Of a stretch of 64,000 bases of DNA, positions 22,001 through 32,900 are shown piece after piece. Source of the DNA: Nemertoderma westbladi. Taxonomy: Eukaryota > Animalia > Xenacoelomorpha. The notes under the pieces were generated by a model, which saw only the letters and a program-made list of their open reading frames with translations, searched no databases and was not told the DNA's origin. Position numbers and translations under genes: made by a program. Position 1 is the stretch's first letter, and every line of letters starts with the position of its first letter. The stretch lies in contig JAUCBJ010008077.1 of assembly GCA_032718475.1 (NCBI GenBank), positions 84,189 to 148,188 on the forward strand. The letters are read 5' to 3'.

Positions 22001-23496
22001 ACGAAGACCGGTTTTATCGGAGTCGTGGGTTTGAGCACAGGAATAACTTGGGGAAAACGTTTACAGTAATCCTCGACGAACTCCTCTCCTCGATCTATCG
22101 CTCCCACACTTCCTTCCTCGATCCGCTTCTGTATTCCGCGATATCGAGCTTCCATACGATCCAGGGCAGACAAGTCGTGTCCAGTTCGCGATCTTATAGA
22201 TCTATCTCTCGCGTCGAGTTCGAGGTCCGCTTGCGCGTTCGCTGTCTCGCGCGATCTACGATTCAATTCGAACTGTAGTTGCATCTCCCTTTCGCGTCGA
22301 TCCGCTACTTGTTGTTGTGCCGCTAACTCCGCTTCCTGTATAGCTAATCGTGCGTTTATTTGTCGTGCCTCCAACTTAGCACGAGCGTCGGACGCTGCCT
22401 TCTTCCGTGCTAACTCAGCTGCGTTTACCGCCGCAACTCGTACTAGCTCGTCGGCTGCCGCCGCCGCGGCTGCTTCTTGCGCCAAGTTTTCCTCCAATCT
22501 GCGCATTTCCGAAGCTTCGAATTCGGCTTGCGCCTTGAGTTGCGCAATTCTTGCCTCGTCCTCTCTATGTTGTTTCTCTCCTTCGATGGCGATCTGTGCC
22601 ATCTGGTGTTGCGCTTCTTCCTCGGTGACTTGTTGTCGGCGTGCAACCTCCTGTTGTTGTCGAGTAATTCCAGACGCTGTTCTACTAACGTCGCCAACGT
22701 TGCCAACGTCGCTCCGTACGCTAACGAACGATCTATCCAGTGGTGGATGTTGGTAGGCTCGCGAGCCTTCCGTAGTGAGAATTTCCGTCGTCCCTCGCGG
22801 TTCGACTTCCGGTTCGTCGATCGGTACGCCGCATCTACGAAGAAAATTGGTCAGCGTTTCCAACCTTCCGTCCAGGCAGTAGAGTTCTTCTTCCTCTTCG
22901 GGTTGTAACAACGCGTCCGAAACTGACTCACCTAACAGTTGGTCAAACTGCTCCTGTTGAGCCAATCTTATTACTGACTTAAACTGGATAATGCTTTCTT
23001 TCGCACTTACTAATTTATCTACTATCTTTACCTGAGTAAAGTTGTCGCCACGCAACTCTGCAAGTTCGTGTAAACCTTTAAGTTTATCTACGGAGGCATG
23101 TACCCTACTTTCTATCCTTACCTGTAAGGTGTAGAACTCGTATCTCGACATCGGGGCGGTTAACTCGCGTAAAACGCGAAAACCTTCTCCGAGGTTCCGA
23201 GTAATCTGGGCCATGTGTCCTCCTATACTCCTAATAACGTTCTCCTGGCTTCCAGTCGAACTTACCATGTCCGGTTCCCGCGATCTAGTCTGCGGGACGG
23301 TAAGGAAATCTTCGATTCTGCCGTCGCCACGCGTTGCGGCTTCCGGTATTTCCGTTCGGGGTACCGGCGACGCAAGCGGTGTGACATCGGTGGAATCTCG
23401 GGTTCTCCTTCTCGGTTCGTCTACTGTCGATCTGTCCGGGTCGCACGAGTCATAGTCGGTAGGTGGGTATCTCGTCGAATGGGGTGTGTCACTCAT
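16030..23496 (-). CDS. BEL/Pao Gag-protease-RT-RNase H polyprotein of element B (2488 aa)
   Basis: PPKFSG..W, three Gag knuckles, ILDSASS protease, YYLPHH, KVRVVND, FYVDD, HSFSDASK, NPADIASRG. Confidence 0.96.
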   Translation of the reverse strand: MSDTPHSTRYPPTDYDSCDPDRSTVDEPRRRTRDSTDVTPLASPVPRTEIPEAATRGDGRIEDFLTVPQTRSREPDMVSSTGSQENVIRSIGGHMAQITRNLGEGFRVLRELTAPMSRYEFYTLQVRIESRVHASVDKLKGLHELAELRGDNFTQVKIVDKLVSAKESIIQFKSVIRLAQQEQFDQLLGESVSDALLQPEEEEELYCLDGRLETLTNFLRRCGVPIDEPEVEPRGTTEILTTEGSRAYQHPPLDRSFVSVRSDVGNVGDVSRTASGITRQQQEVARRQQVTEEEAQHQMAQIAIEGEKQHREDEARIAQLKAQAEFEASEMRRLEENLAQEAAAAAAADELVRVAAVNAAELARKKAASDARAKLEARQINARLAIQEAELAAQQQVADRREREMQLQFELNRRSRETANAQADLELDARDRSIRSRTGHDLSALDRMEARYRGIQKRIEEGSVGAIDRGEEFVEDYCKRFPQVIPVLKPTTPIKPVFVTKPKEITPMRSTQGNRFVVTEIPQPRATSSPILAGNITSPPTVSRSLLVGREEPAFMTIKQVSKPLQVKPVTCCANPVIYRPTTKPDYFTRPLTQCSTQPTTSWKACEPTELRRRMDVGSTHGIGQRIARPTTSWKACEPTEQRRAVDSRPQRTKPRIIRRTRTRQPPYPDDSDSSSDSESTEREIFRTGAAEDYKREERSTNPYIDNPPRETPQQKPTLQPAEAISTNRLAEIMQPVADRLAQIEERLEAQPSDRSRTSVELEQPRQHRPPRREQETRWTPTHREEDPVNNSYRRTTRGRERLDDATEQGRGQLDLVSEIAKFAARHGLPAQQPPKFSGNAKHWRTLVDYVESQIAKCAFTSTEKFNYLLQVLSGEPKRLVETFIGVPDAFELAYDRLYSIYGGNVAMAKSINEDLCRGGNISRPIDLLRLADEIKNAIGTLRSIGQLEYANAPTVLIRIIGRLHHRLRREWRRIEYQREEAGGLLKLTDVYQLISREAVIETRSNYTDHHIAAEGIAVSAPNRTKPFPTNAKAVTYATPTETSKVLTPIGTTQPRQQLPADFVGCSYCERNGRNHSEHKLCGCRAFKELGIEERRLQIRSLDSCWRCMKPGHVRKDCPSDDTCSLCGRNHDALLHTTSHTPTRRFRREHPDKAARCDALYKERAPREIRTFYTDCMDQSGSSDEDEEEDDTFYVHAGEEQPSITLLTQNQLKGFSVIPIKITGTRGSKRIYAILDSASSHSYVDEQVADVVTDMSQGKTAQYTVSSMHGKRAIPMTRVKLTLDTLLSKEEHSKEERSLLPVRNLTFAATKDFSNLLGPVPEQSPEDRKYFRHLGIPECSVNYRSIAMLIGTDQFNLHQVWETRPSVITAGNPYACRTPIGWYTRAPIRSLEVSDQEDDVLSTCTLLTNTIDNSPSHSRGPIVRTALRQTCVANADATDTDVTDLDTTIRTSDLQLLAVDQVVLTTEDQRFVAVDDSMNEDFGRLASLPKNPKVIDPTHQASTPVVDLGRLASLPTDQEVVKPPHDDSTPTSDTGRLASLPDTLTLATAADEDVDEDHGAVQAALERLLTERTIQWLEQDSAEPGSYETAMSEQEKRSKNIMRDTIRQTANGHYEVGMLWRNGQPKLVNNYPLALRRLRSIRQRLLRDETAHMQYNAQLQTYLQKGYAIRMLNPEVTTDQTYYLPHHFVRHPDKPGKVRVVNDCAALYQGMSMNSELMDGPNMNNYLMGVLMRFRQRKVAFTCDVEAMFHQVKALERDRDSLRFLWYPDGNLQLLPETYQMQVRVFGARDSPNCTMYALKQTALDRRDQFDPEVVRTVERDFYVDDGLKSCDTFERATTVAHQLQDCLAEGGFHLTKFASNEPELVNSFDPMDRSGGDLDLDLEPLPTTKVLGLSWDPNTDIFRVCVRSNDQTRPLTKRTCLSTMSRLYDPLCFISPVILHARIILRSIWQAGLEWDDPIPEKLAERWRDWEAQLMFLRDYTIPRVYFPLQTTFPADLELHSFSDASKDGLGVTLYLRRQVTSDSYDVSLVTSRARTMPLKYMTVPRGELQAGTISTDIVSLVQRELEANLKVTYWTDATLVLWYINNETFEFKTFVSNRRAEILDRSLKQDWRHCPGKLNPADIASRGMQPLDFCKLDNKSFWFRGPDFLQQPSDEWPPLFDATTNTIPEGAEIKLDKVVKSKAKANAKVKRKKGRTKSDDLDARPDITPDVSPDIRPDACTNPSPDVPREISPDVSPDCSPDYSPDYSPEETPDCSPDCSPGCLMELSTECLPDVSPDFPPDISTDCPPDFRPDFEPDFLTEVTLDRLWDRRQDISLDVPRYVSPDVSPDCSPDASPDCLLNTPLEDPLERTFRDSPNLTSLDDRGVATGITLRSKKVLDLPTGKRVTKVRKLTGSQEHTDTVELKPLLPVDTLGADGKGKTVEIDVLGDSDKPTGRPVGLPSPDKYPHYDYTLPDDVTNTYVDRIVNLTRSWTDACRKLAWLKRL
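16475..16885 (-). repeat. In-frame 12-bp tandem repeat encoding (S-P-D-x)n in the RNase H-integrase linker
   Basis: PDVSPDCSPDYSPDYSPEETPDCSPDCSP; DNA units resemble gtctggtgaaca. Confidence 0.8.
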
Positions 23497-26046
23497 GTCT
23501 TATTATATACGTCAAGTACGGGTAATAAAATGTCAAAGTGTCTGAATGTTGAAGTGTCAAACTTACCTTGGTATATATAGTATCTATATACCCTAACCGG
23601 TACAAATAAATCAACAAGTCAGAATGTCGAAATGTCAAAATGTCGAAATGTACAAATGTCAAACTTACCTTGATATATATATATATCATATATATACCCT
23701 AACCGGTACAAATAAAACTAACAAGGTATATAATAAAATAAGTAGTAATCTAGCCTACCGGCTAAATTTGTACGAATAAGTGAGATAACGATATACGTTA
23801 ACAAAATATAGATCAACAAGTACAAACAATAGGCTAAACAGCAACGTCTAACGGGAAAATAAGTACCAACAACACTACTAATAGACAGTGAAACCCACAA
23901 ATTTTGAGTACTACTGTGCTTTCTTAAGTTTGAATGACGCGAGTCGTAAAACTTACGTTCCTTTGATCTTCCAGTCGTACAAATTCCCAAATACAAACCG
24001 GACGTGGGTCTTTCCGTTTTTCGGCGGCGCGGATGAATTTATTGTCTCCCAAACTTTGCGAAAAGCGGTCTAATCCTCGAAGCGGTCCAGAAATGAGTCC
24101 TTGAGTCCTGAAAAGGTCGAAGGTGAGAGTTTTACTTCTACGCTTACGAAAAATCTTCCTAGGTACCGATACAAATTGGTCTTTAAACCTTATGTACCTT
24201 TTCAAGTACCGAAAAGTAACACCGCACACACACGGCATAAAACAAAGTGCTACAAACTAACTGTTAGCTAGTCAAATATTAAATACGAAAGTACTAGCTA
24301 CCCTAAAAGCCTACTGAAGCAGGGGACGTTCTAAATTACTAAATTTACTAACCTTAAATTTTAAATATCTCCTACTTACAATAGCTAACAGATCTAAACT
24401 ATACTATACACTAATTTATATAGTACTTCCTACTGTAAGGGTCCAGTAGTATACCGCTTACCAGATCCTAGTAACGATGTATCTTACTATGAGACTCTAG
24501 TAATGTATACGGGCTCGTACAGTATCTGACAACAAATCCCAGTCCAGGATATCTAAACAAACAGATACAATACACAAACGACTACTGGCGAGGAACAGAG
24601 CCTAGTATCTATTCTATGTACGTGAGCGGGTCTAATGCCTACGTACTAGACAAAAGGATACCTGTCCTCTAACCGGTGAGGCAGATGTACAGTTACAGTA
24701 ACAGACCAAACTCACGGGAAAACAATCCCCGCGCAGCGAATCCTAACTATCACTGACAGTCCTAAATACAGTAACTTGCCGCGGTGTGATTTATATGGTT
24801 TATATACGAACTAGGTGGTTAACAGACCTAGTGTAACAATGCTGATTACCCCTGTCTAAATCAGCCTAAAAGTCGTGCCTAAATGTAACGATAACTGATC
24901 CCCCTGTACGAAATCAGTCTAAAGGGTCAAGCCTAAATGTAACAATACTGCTGGACAGAAAACAACAGTTTAATAATGAAGGTGAAATACTCCTTATTGC
25001 CGCAACTAAATCAGATCCTAATTTTACAAATACAGATAATTTCTGCCTAAAATAATGTATAGTGCGCTATAGCTAGTAGAACTCTAAGGGCAATATATTT
25101 TAGGGCGTGTGTGTGTGGGTGTGTTACAAATAAAACAATTTCGTGTATTTCTTTTTACTAGGTTTTAGTGATTTTCTGACCGAAATAATACCGTGCGCTA
25201 GCTACTAAAATAAACTAGTCGCGTTTTGTAGAACTTTATACTCACAAGTGACGTCAAAGCTCTCTCCTTCCTATCCACAACCCAATGGGCAACCACAGTG
25301 TTAGTAACTACACCCGTGATCGGCACTAATACCAGATTCTGGTTGTAAGATAAGGAATAGGGGTTAATTGCTACCGTACGTTAGCTGATCTGGTATACTA
25401 ATTTAATTCTAGAACTTTGTTGCTGCGGTAGTTAGCAGCAATACCTATCAGTACGTGGCAAGGCGCGGTAGGATATTAATAAACCTCCCTAGGCCAAGCA
25501 GTGTGCCGGTAGCAGAAATGCTCCTTTCCTGATCAAATAGCTAACTCCAGACAGGGGGGGGGGGGGGTACTAATGTACGTTCTACAAAGCGAACCGGTAC
25601 CAAACAGTCAGTGCTACGAATCACTAAATTATGGAACATATGCTGTCCGTACCTAATATGTACTCGCGTACTGACGAATGGCAATAGTTCGCACCTGTAG
25701 GAAGTACAGGTTAACCCAGGGGTTCGTAGGACTGACAAAGGGGGGGGTGTTTCTGTCTGAATATAATTATTTGATCCTAAATTTGCGGCGTCCAGTACGG
25801 CATCACGCTTACCCTGATCTATAGGTCTTACGGCGGGCAAGGGCGTCGAACAAAGTCTTACCTTCTCACAAAGCGGGCGCTGCATGGCAAGTGGAGCATT
25901 TCGAAGGGCAAAGGGGGTGCGCGGTCGATCCAATGTGGGCGCTAGCGTGTTGTGGACATCTTTTCCCTGCGTTGCTTACGGCCTAACGGTCTAGGCTGCC
26001 TTCTCCCTGATGTTTGGCTGTCCCAAAGTTGGACCAAAAGAAAACA

Positions 26047-26603
26047 TGTTCAGGAATTTGCAGTATATTTACAGTTTTACAAAGGATTTATCAAATAAAG
26101 TTTCAACAAGAAACCGAAATAAACTAATAACAATTTAGAATAACGTTATAAGGAGAATTTACAAGCGAGATAACCGAAGGCAAACCGGCCTTTTTATACT
26201 AAATATCGCACATGGAAACTAAACAGAATTTTCCACAGCTTCACATTTGAGCAATAAAGTGCTTCGTGCCCTATGATTGGCCCAGCTCATCGTTCAACGC
26301 AGTCCGGCCCTTACACTAATCTGGGACATGGAATCCTAACAGAATTTTCCACTGCCTCACATTTGAGCAATAAGATAATTTATGCCCTATGATTGGCCTG
26401 GCTCATCATTCGCTACGTTGTACGCTTCTCATTGGCCTACCAATTAGCACCAAACGAAAATAAATGGCCCCAAAATACAAATTTCCCGACTGGGATTCGA
26501 ACTCGTAACCTATGTAATGTAACCAACGCCTTAACCATCTGACCACTACGCCACGAGAGTACCTAAGGGTTTTATGTGTACAAATATGAATAGGCATATT
26601 ACA
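26047..26603 (-). repeat. Putative 5' LTR of element B
   Basis: Minus strand ends ...TTCCTGAACA at 26047, followed by TTTTGGTCC (BEL-like PBS start). TATAAAA at ~26192-26198; two ~116-bp direct repeats carrying CCAAT boxes (26210-26407). Right boundary uncertain. Confidence 0.6.
26483..26554 (-). ncRNA. tRNA-derived (Leu/Ser-like) Pol III cassette or pseudo-tRNA inside the putative LTR
   Basis: GTGGTCAGATGGTTAAGGCGTTGG (A box/D arm) and GAGTTCGAATCCC (B box); anticodon arm degenerate. Confidence 0.6.
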
Positions 26604-26932
26604 TTACTAGCTAGGGAAGTACCGGGACTTTAATCACCATCTTCGATACCCGCCTTCCGCTTACCATCAATATTCTGTTGTCAATTCCGTGTATCATTTA
26701 TTCATTTATACTATTATACCCGAAGGACTATATACAACGATCAACAAACTCTTTCACCTTTCACACACGGCGGGGACGCGTAGATTAAAAACCGGATAAA
26801 CCGGGATCCTCCCTGGATCCCGTGACAGTGATTAAATCGGAGCTGCTACCCTAGTTAACTACCAGAGTGATTAAAACCAACTGCTGCCCTAAGCTAGATA
26901 CCAACAACACAAACTGACTGCCAGATATAAAG

Positions 26933-29900
26933 ATGAGTCGAACAGGAGAGACGACACCGCCGCGGACCCCGGACGGCGATCTAACGATCCGCGAGGCCGC
27001 GACTAGACGGTATAGACCCGCGACGCCGGACCCATCAGTAACGGGCGATCCGGCAATTCAGGATGAGGGGGGCCGTCTACAACCGGAGAGCGAGTTGGGA
27101 GAAAGGAGAGACAAGTCGGGAGAAGATAAAGACGAGTCGACGCGGAGCGGGGGTCGACGCACCGATGTCGCCGGCCAGCCACAGGCCGAGGGCGACGGAC
27201 GGTCCACCGGAACGGCGACGGTGGAGCCGACGGTACGACGCCGGACCCGGAGAGACGGAGGAGATGTCGGCGAGGAGAACGTCGGGGTCAGCGATCGACT
27301 TTGACGGGCCTACAACGCGGCCCGGAAGATACTTAAAGAGGTCAAAGGAGGGGCGAAGATAGATGAGGTAAAGCTAAGAAAGAGAGTAGGTGAGTCGAAC
27401 GAACATTTCAACTATTTAATGCGCTTTGGGCAGAAAGAACTAGCCGAGGACAGAGCGAGGGGGGTTGCCAGCCAACTGTCTGATCTATGGAAGTGTATGG
27501 GTATGTGGGCTAGTGTAGTGTACATAGGGCCATACTCAGTCAATGCCCGGGGAGTAAAATTAGTGGGTTGGAGGAGACCGCAGGAGGGCGAATCCGAGGT
27601 TAACCCCGAGGATTTGGTCTCGTTGGTCGGAGAAAGTTCAGGGAAAAGGGGGAAGGTCAGTAGGATGGGAAGGCGGAGGGAATCCGTCGTAACCGAAAAG
27701 TCTGCTACATCCTCCGCAAAAGGAAGACGTGTGGCGGAAATAAATCTGGCGTGCGAACTCTATCTAGCAGCACAAAGTCAGAGGGAATACGAGAGACGGT
27801 TAGAGGAAGAGAGCGCGCTGTTAGAAAAGGAGAAAGAACTAATTATAGAAAATAGAGAGAAAGCTGAGAAGGTCGCGAGAAGCTTTAGGGAGCGCGAGGC
27901 GAGAGAGCAAAGTGAGCGTAAGGAGTGTGAAGCGAGAGAGACAGAGTTAATGAAACAGAATTTGCAAGAGGATACAGAGAGAGAGAGAACGGGAAAGCGT
28001 GTGCGGGATGGTATACAGGCCCAGATAAGCGGACTTATTGAGTATCAAACCAGAAAGAAGCGCATATTGGAACTGGCGCAGATGGGGTTGTCAGAGAGTG
28101 ACGCTGGCTCGAGTGCTCTTGAGGGGCCAAGGGTCGTGGAAACATTTATTAGTAACCCACTTACAAGGACCGCACGACAGACCCGAGGACGAGTCGGGAG
28201 TCAAGATGGAAAGATACGAGTTGGGAGGAGAGAGAGACGAGTCGACATACAGCGGCGGTCGATGTGCCGATGTCGCCGGCCAGCCACAGGCTGAGGGCGA
28301 CGAGCGGCCCACCGGAACGGCGACGGTGGGGCCGCCGGTACAGCGCCGGACCTGGAGAGATAGAGGAGATGTGGGCGATGAGGACATCGGGGTAAGCGAT
28401 CGACTTCGACGGGCCTACAACGCGACCTGGAAACAACTGAAGGAGGCCAAAGGAGGGGCAAAGATAGATGAGGTAAAGTTGAAGAAACGACTAAGTCGAC
28501 TAAGTGAGTCGAACAGACATTTTGATTACCTAATGCATTTTGGACAGGGAGAACTAGCCAGCGAGAGAGCGAGAGAGGTTGGCAGAGAACTGTTTGAACT
28601 ATGGGAATCTAGGGGTATGCAGCCTAGTGTAGTGTACATAGGGCCATACTTAGTCGATGCCCGGGGAATAAAATTAGTGGGTTGGAGGAAACCGGAGGAG
28701 GGCGAATCCGAGGTTAACCCCGAGGATTCGGTCTCGTCGGTTGGAGGAAGCTCTAGGAGGCAGGGGAAAGTTAGTAGGACGGGAGGGCGAAGGGAGTCCG
28801 TCGTAACCGATAACTCTGCTACATCCTCCGCAAAAGGAAGAAGGGTGCAAAATATAGATCTGGCGTGCCAACTTGATCTGGCGGCGCAAGACCAGAGAGA
28901 ATTAGAGAGACAGTTGGAGGAAGAGAGTGCGTTAATAGTGAGGGAGAAAGAACTGGTAAGAGAGAACAAAGAGAGGGCCGAGAAGGCCGCGAGAAGCTTT
29001 AGGGAGTGCGAGGAAATAGGAAGGATGGAAAGGAAGGAGCAAGAAGTGCACGAGGCAGAGCGTGAGGCGGAACGTAAAGAGCGTGAAGTGAGGGCGGAGA
29101 GTGAACGTAAAGAGCATGAGGCGGAACGTAAAGAGCGTGAAGTGAAGGCGGAGAATGAACGTAAGGAGCGTGAGGCGGAACGTAAAGAGTGTGAGGTAAG
29201 GGCGGATAATGAGCGGAGAGAACGTGAGGAGAGGCGACTTAAGAGAATCGAGAGAGAGACAGAGTTGGCCGATCAAAGTTCACGGGAGGGTACAGAGAGA
29301 GAGAATGAGAGAAAGCGTGTGCATACCAAAGATGGTATGCACACGCGGATAAGGGAGCTTATACAATATCAGACGAAACAGAAGCGCCGACTGGCACTAG
29401 CACAGATGGGGCTATCAGGGAGCGAGAGTGGCTTGAGTGTTTGCGAGGGGCCAGGAATTGGGGAAACATTTATTAATACTCCACTTACAGGGACCACACG
29501 ACAGACCCAAGACTGGTGTGACCGTGCGGGCGGGGGGGGGGGGTAATAATAATATAATAATAATACAGTAGATAGCGTTAATATTAATAGTACCGTATTA
29601 GATAATCCTAACCAAACCTTTATTCCAAGAAATATTTTACCTAGTAGTAGTAATTTAAACTTAAATGCAATTAACCCAAATAATTTAAATAATAATCCGA
29701 ATTCGAATTTACAAATTAATCCAAATAATTTAAATAATGATCCAAGCCCGAATTTGCAAAATAATTAAAATAATCCTATCTCGAACGAACAAAATAATTA
29801 TGTTTCTAATTTTGGTGCACAAAATAATTCAGGTGAACTAGAGGGCCAAATTGGCGACAAATACAGTGGTCTATTAACGTGAATGTGTCGGACATACACA

Positions 29901-32900
29901 ACCCAGCAAACGGGGGCCTGGTAGGCAGGAAGTGGCGGGGTTAAGCCAACCCGTCGGGGGCCTGGTAGGCCACGTAGTTGGTAGGCAGGAGGTAGCGGGG
30001 TTGAACCAACCCGAGGTGGGCCTGGTAGGCCACGCAATAGTAGAGAGAGAGGCGGGGGTGAACGGACCCAGCCGTAGTAGAGACAGTGCGTCGACTAGAG
30101 AGGGGTGTAGAGGTGAAGTGAGAGATAGTGAAGTGAAATGTGGCGAGTGGGGGGGGTGGGCTAGGGGCGCCCCACCACGACAAATTAGTGGCGAGAGAGG
30201 GGGGGGCAGAGAGTGTCCCACAGGCGTCGGCAGATAATGCGCGGGCCGAGACAGGTAAACCGCAACACCCGGCGACGGAGAGTAATAGGGGGATTGCGAG
30301 TATCCCCAGCGGCGTGCGATCGGGCAGAGAGAGGCAGGTTGACGTCGCGAGAGGGCGGACGAAGCGTCGAGCCCAGTCAGAAGAGGGAAGAAGAACAGTG
30401 GAGTTTAACCGGGAGATGGAGGAGAGATCTCACGAGCGGGAATACTGCACTGGAGAGAGAAGAAGAGAAGAAAGTAGAAGAAGTATCGCTGCGGGCGATA
30501 GGAGAGCGAGGACGGATACCGAGCCGTCGATAGTCGAGATGAGAACGGAAAGTCGGTGGGGTCGAACTTCGGGAGATTGCCGTCGCCCCGGAGAGGCGCG
30601 ACCTGACGAGGCGCACTACGCGCCGATAGAGGGGTACGCGATGTACCGACACGAGAACGAGAATAGTGGAGGGGGTCGAAGAGAAACTTTCCGGCGGGAT
30701 ATAACTACCGATCGAGAATACGGTAGCCGCAGGGAGGATTACTCGAGAAGATTAAACTTCGATCCCGAGCGACACATACAGACTGTAGGACATACTGTAG
30801 GCCTTACTGCACATACCATAGGCCATGCTGACAGGAATAATGTAGGTGATAGGATAGCGCGGACGACGGAATTAAACCCGGAAGTCGCGGAGTACATACC
30901 GGCGGGTAGGCCAGGAGCTGGTAGGCCTATACCGGTACCAGCACAGCAATATGACTACAGCATGCAGGGACATAACATATACCCAGGGGAGGGGGGGAAT
31001 TATTGCGGATAGGTGCATGGGCCCCAATATATTAACATCAACCCCAGTACCAAGCATACCGGTGGGGGGGGGGGGGACAGGGTGACATTCCCCCATCACA
31101 ATATCAACAATATACCCCGATAGGAGTAAGAACAACGAGACCCTTGGATGAAAACAGATCATGCGACACAGAAATATGGAGGGGGCCGCTACCCCCAATG
31201 ATATACCCTAGCCAAAGGAAGGTAGGAAATAGGACGGACGGACCACACCCAACAGGAGAAACTATACAACATCCATCGAACCCATTGGAAGCGCAGGCGA
31301 TGGGGATGGCCACGTTGATCGATGCGTTAAAAACTAGGATCGAGTTACCACCCATGGAACCGTTTAAATTCGATGGGAGTAGGCCGGAAGAATACCTACA
31401 GTTTCGGCGCATGTATAGTAATGAAATACTGACAAAGAACTTGACGCAGGCGGAGTGCCTAAAATATCTGCAAGTATATACAGGAGGCCCAGCATACGAC
31501 ATCGTGAGGCAATACCAGGGCATAGAGGGTGGCTTCACGACGGCATGGCGGGCACTGGACAGGGAATACGGGCACCCGGCCAAGATCATCTGGCAAACCC
31601 TGAGGGGCATAACATAGGGTGGCCTACAGGATAATCCCGTTAGCATAAAGATAATCGCTAACAAAGTCGAGAAGGCGCTAATCGTGCTAAAGACGCTAGA
31701 CGCGCCATACGAACTCAACGCGTCCAACAACATCACCACGATAGCGCAGGCGCTACCGATGTGGCTGCGCAACAAGTGGAGGAAGATCGCTTTCTCCACT
31801 CGAGATAGGAAGGGTGCAGAACCAGGTTTAGAAGAAATGTCGAGCTTCTTGAACTACGAAGCCGAATTAATAACCGACCCAGTCTATAGCGAGGGAATTC
31901 CCTGGGAAAGGGACCAAGAACCGACTACCATAGACCGAAACCAGAACACAACACGTCAAACGCATTACCAAAGCTCAGGCAATCATTGCCATACGCAGCG
32001 ACACAGGGGACTGCGAGTCCACAGGTAGCCGGGGGTAAGACCACATCATGGAGCGGACAGGGGAGGGATAACAACACAAATAAATATAACCCCAGTACGC
32101 CCAATAGGCCGAACCCAAACAATAAGAATAGTAGGGACTTGGTACAAATGCAGCTGCGATACGCGATGCACTGTACAAGGATGGCTACGACCCAAAGAGC
32201 AAATGCCAACTACATACAAATGCGCATCATCGAACCATGAACTGTAGCTACTGGCAAGCACTACCCAGGGAAGATCAGATAGAGTACGCGGCTAAAAACG
32301 AGATCTGCTCGCGATGTGTCATGAGTGGACATAGAGCTAGGCAATGCAAGGAGACTCCAATTAAGTTCGGTGAAGGGAAAGGCCAAACGATGGCAACGAG
32401 CACAGTAGGGGCGAAGAAGAGAGGAATGGTGCTGCTTGGGGTGGTACCAGTGCGAGTGATTGGAGAAGGCAATCGATCAGTGACCACGCTGATGCTGGTC
32501 GATAGTGGAGCTGCCTTCACATTAGTTGAAAATTAGGTGGCCGAAGAGCTAGGATTGAGAACGAGGCCAAGTAGAATGGTGGTGACAACGATATCTAGCA
32601 AAGATGAGGTCCTGGAGATGAGGACCGGACGGTGCGCAATTGCAGCAGTGGCAACGGGATGCTGTGATGCAACGGGATGCTGTGATAGAGTCAATAAATA
32701 TCAATGCCAGGCGACCAACCAACATCGAGGTCGAGCAATATAAATTCCTGGACGATATCGACTTCTCAATCCCAGAGGTGGACGTCAGGAAGGTATCCAT
32801 CATAGTAGGAATGGACTGCCCGACGGCCCATGAAAGAATGCAAACGGTCTTCGGTGAAGACAAGCAGTGTGATCCGGTGGCGATATTGACGCCGTTCGGG

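Larger units (their letters stand above)
12340..26603 (-). mobile_element. BEL/Pao LTR retrotransposon B: near-intact gag-pol, accessory ORF truncated at the junction with A, no 3' LTR
   Basis: Order LTR, long 5' UTR, gag-PR-RT-RH-IN, spacer, accessory ORF. Confidence 0.88.
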
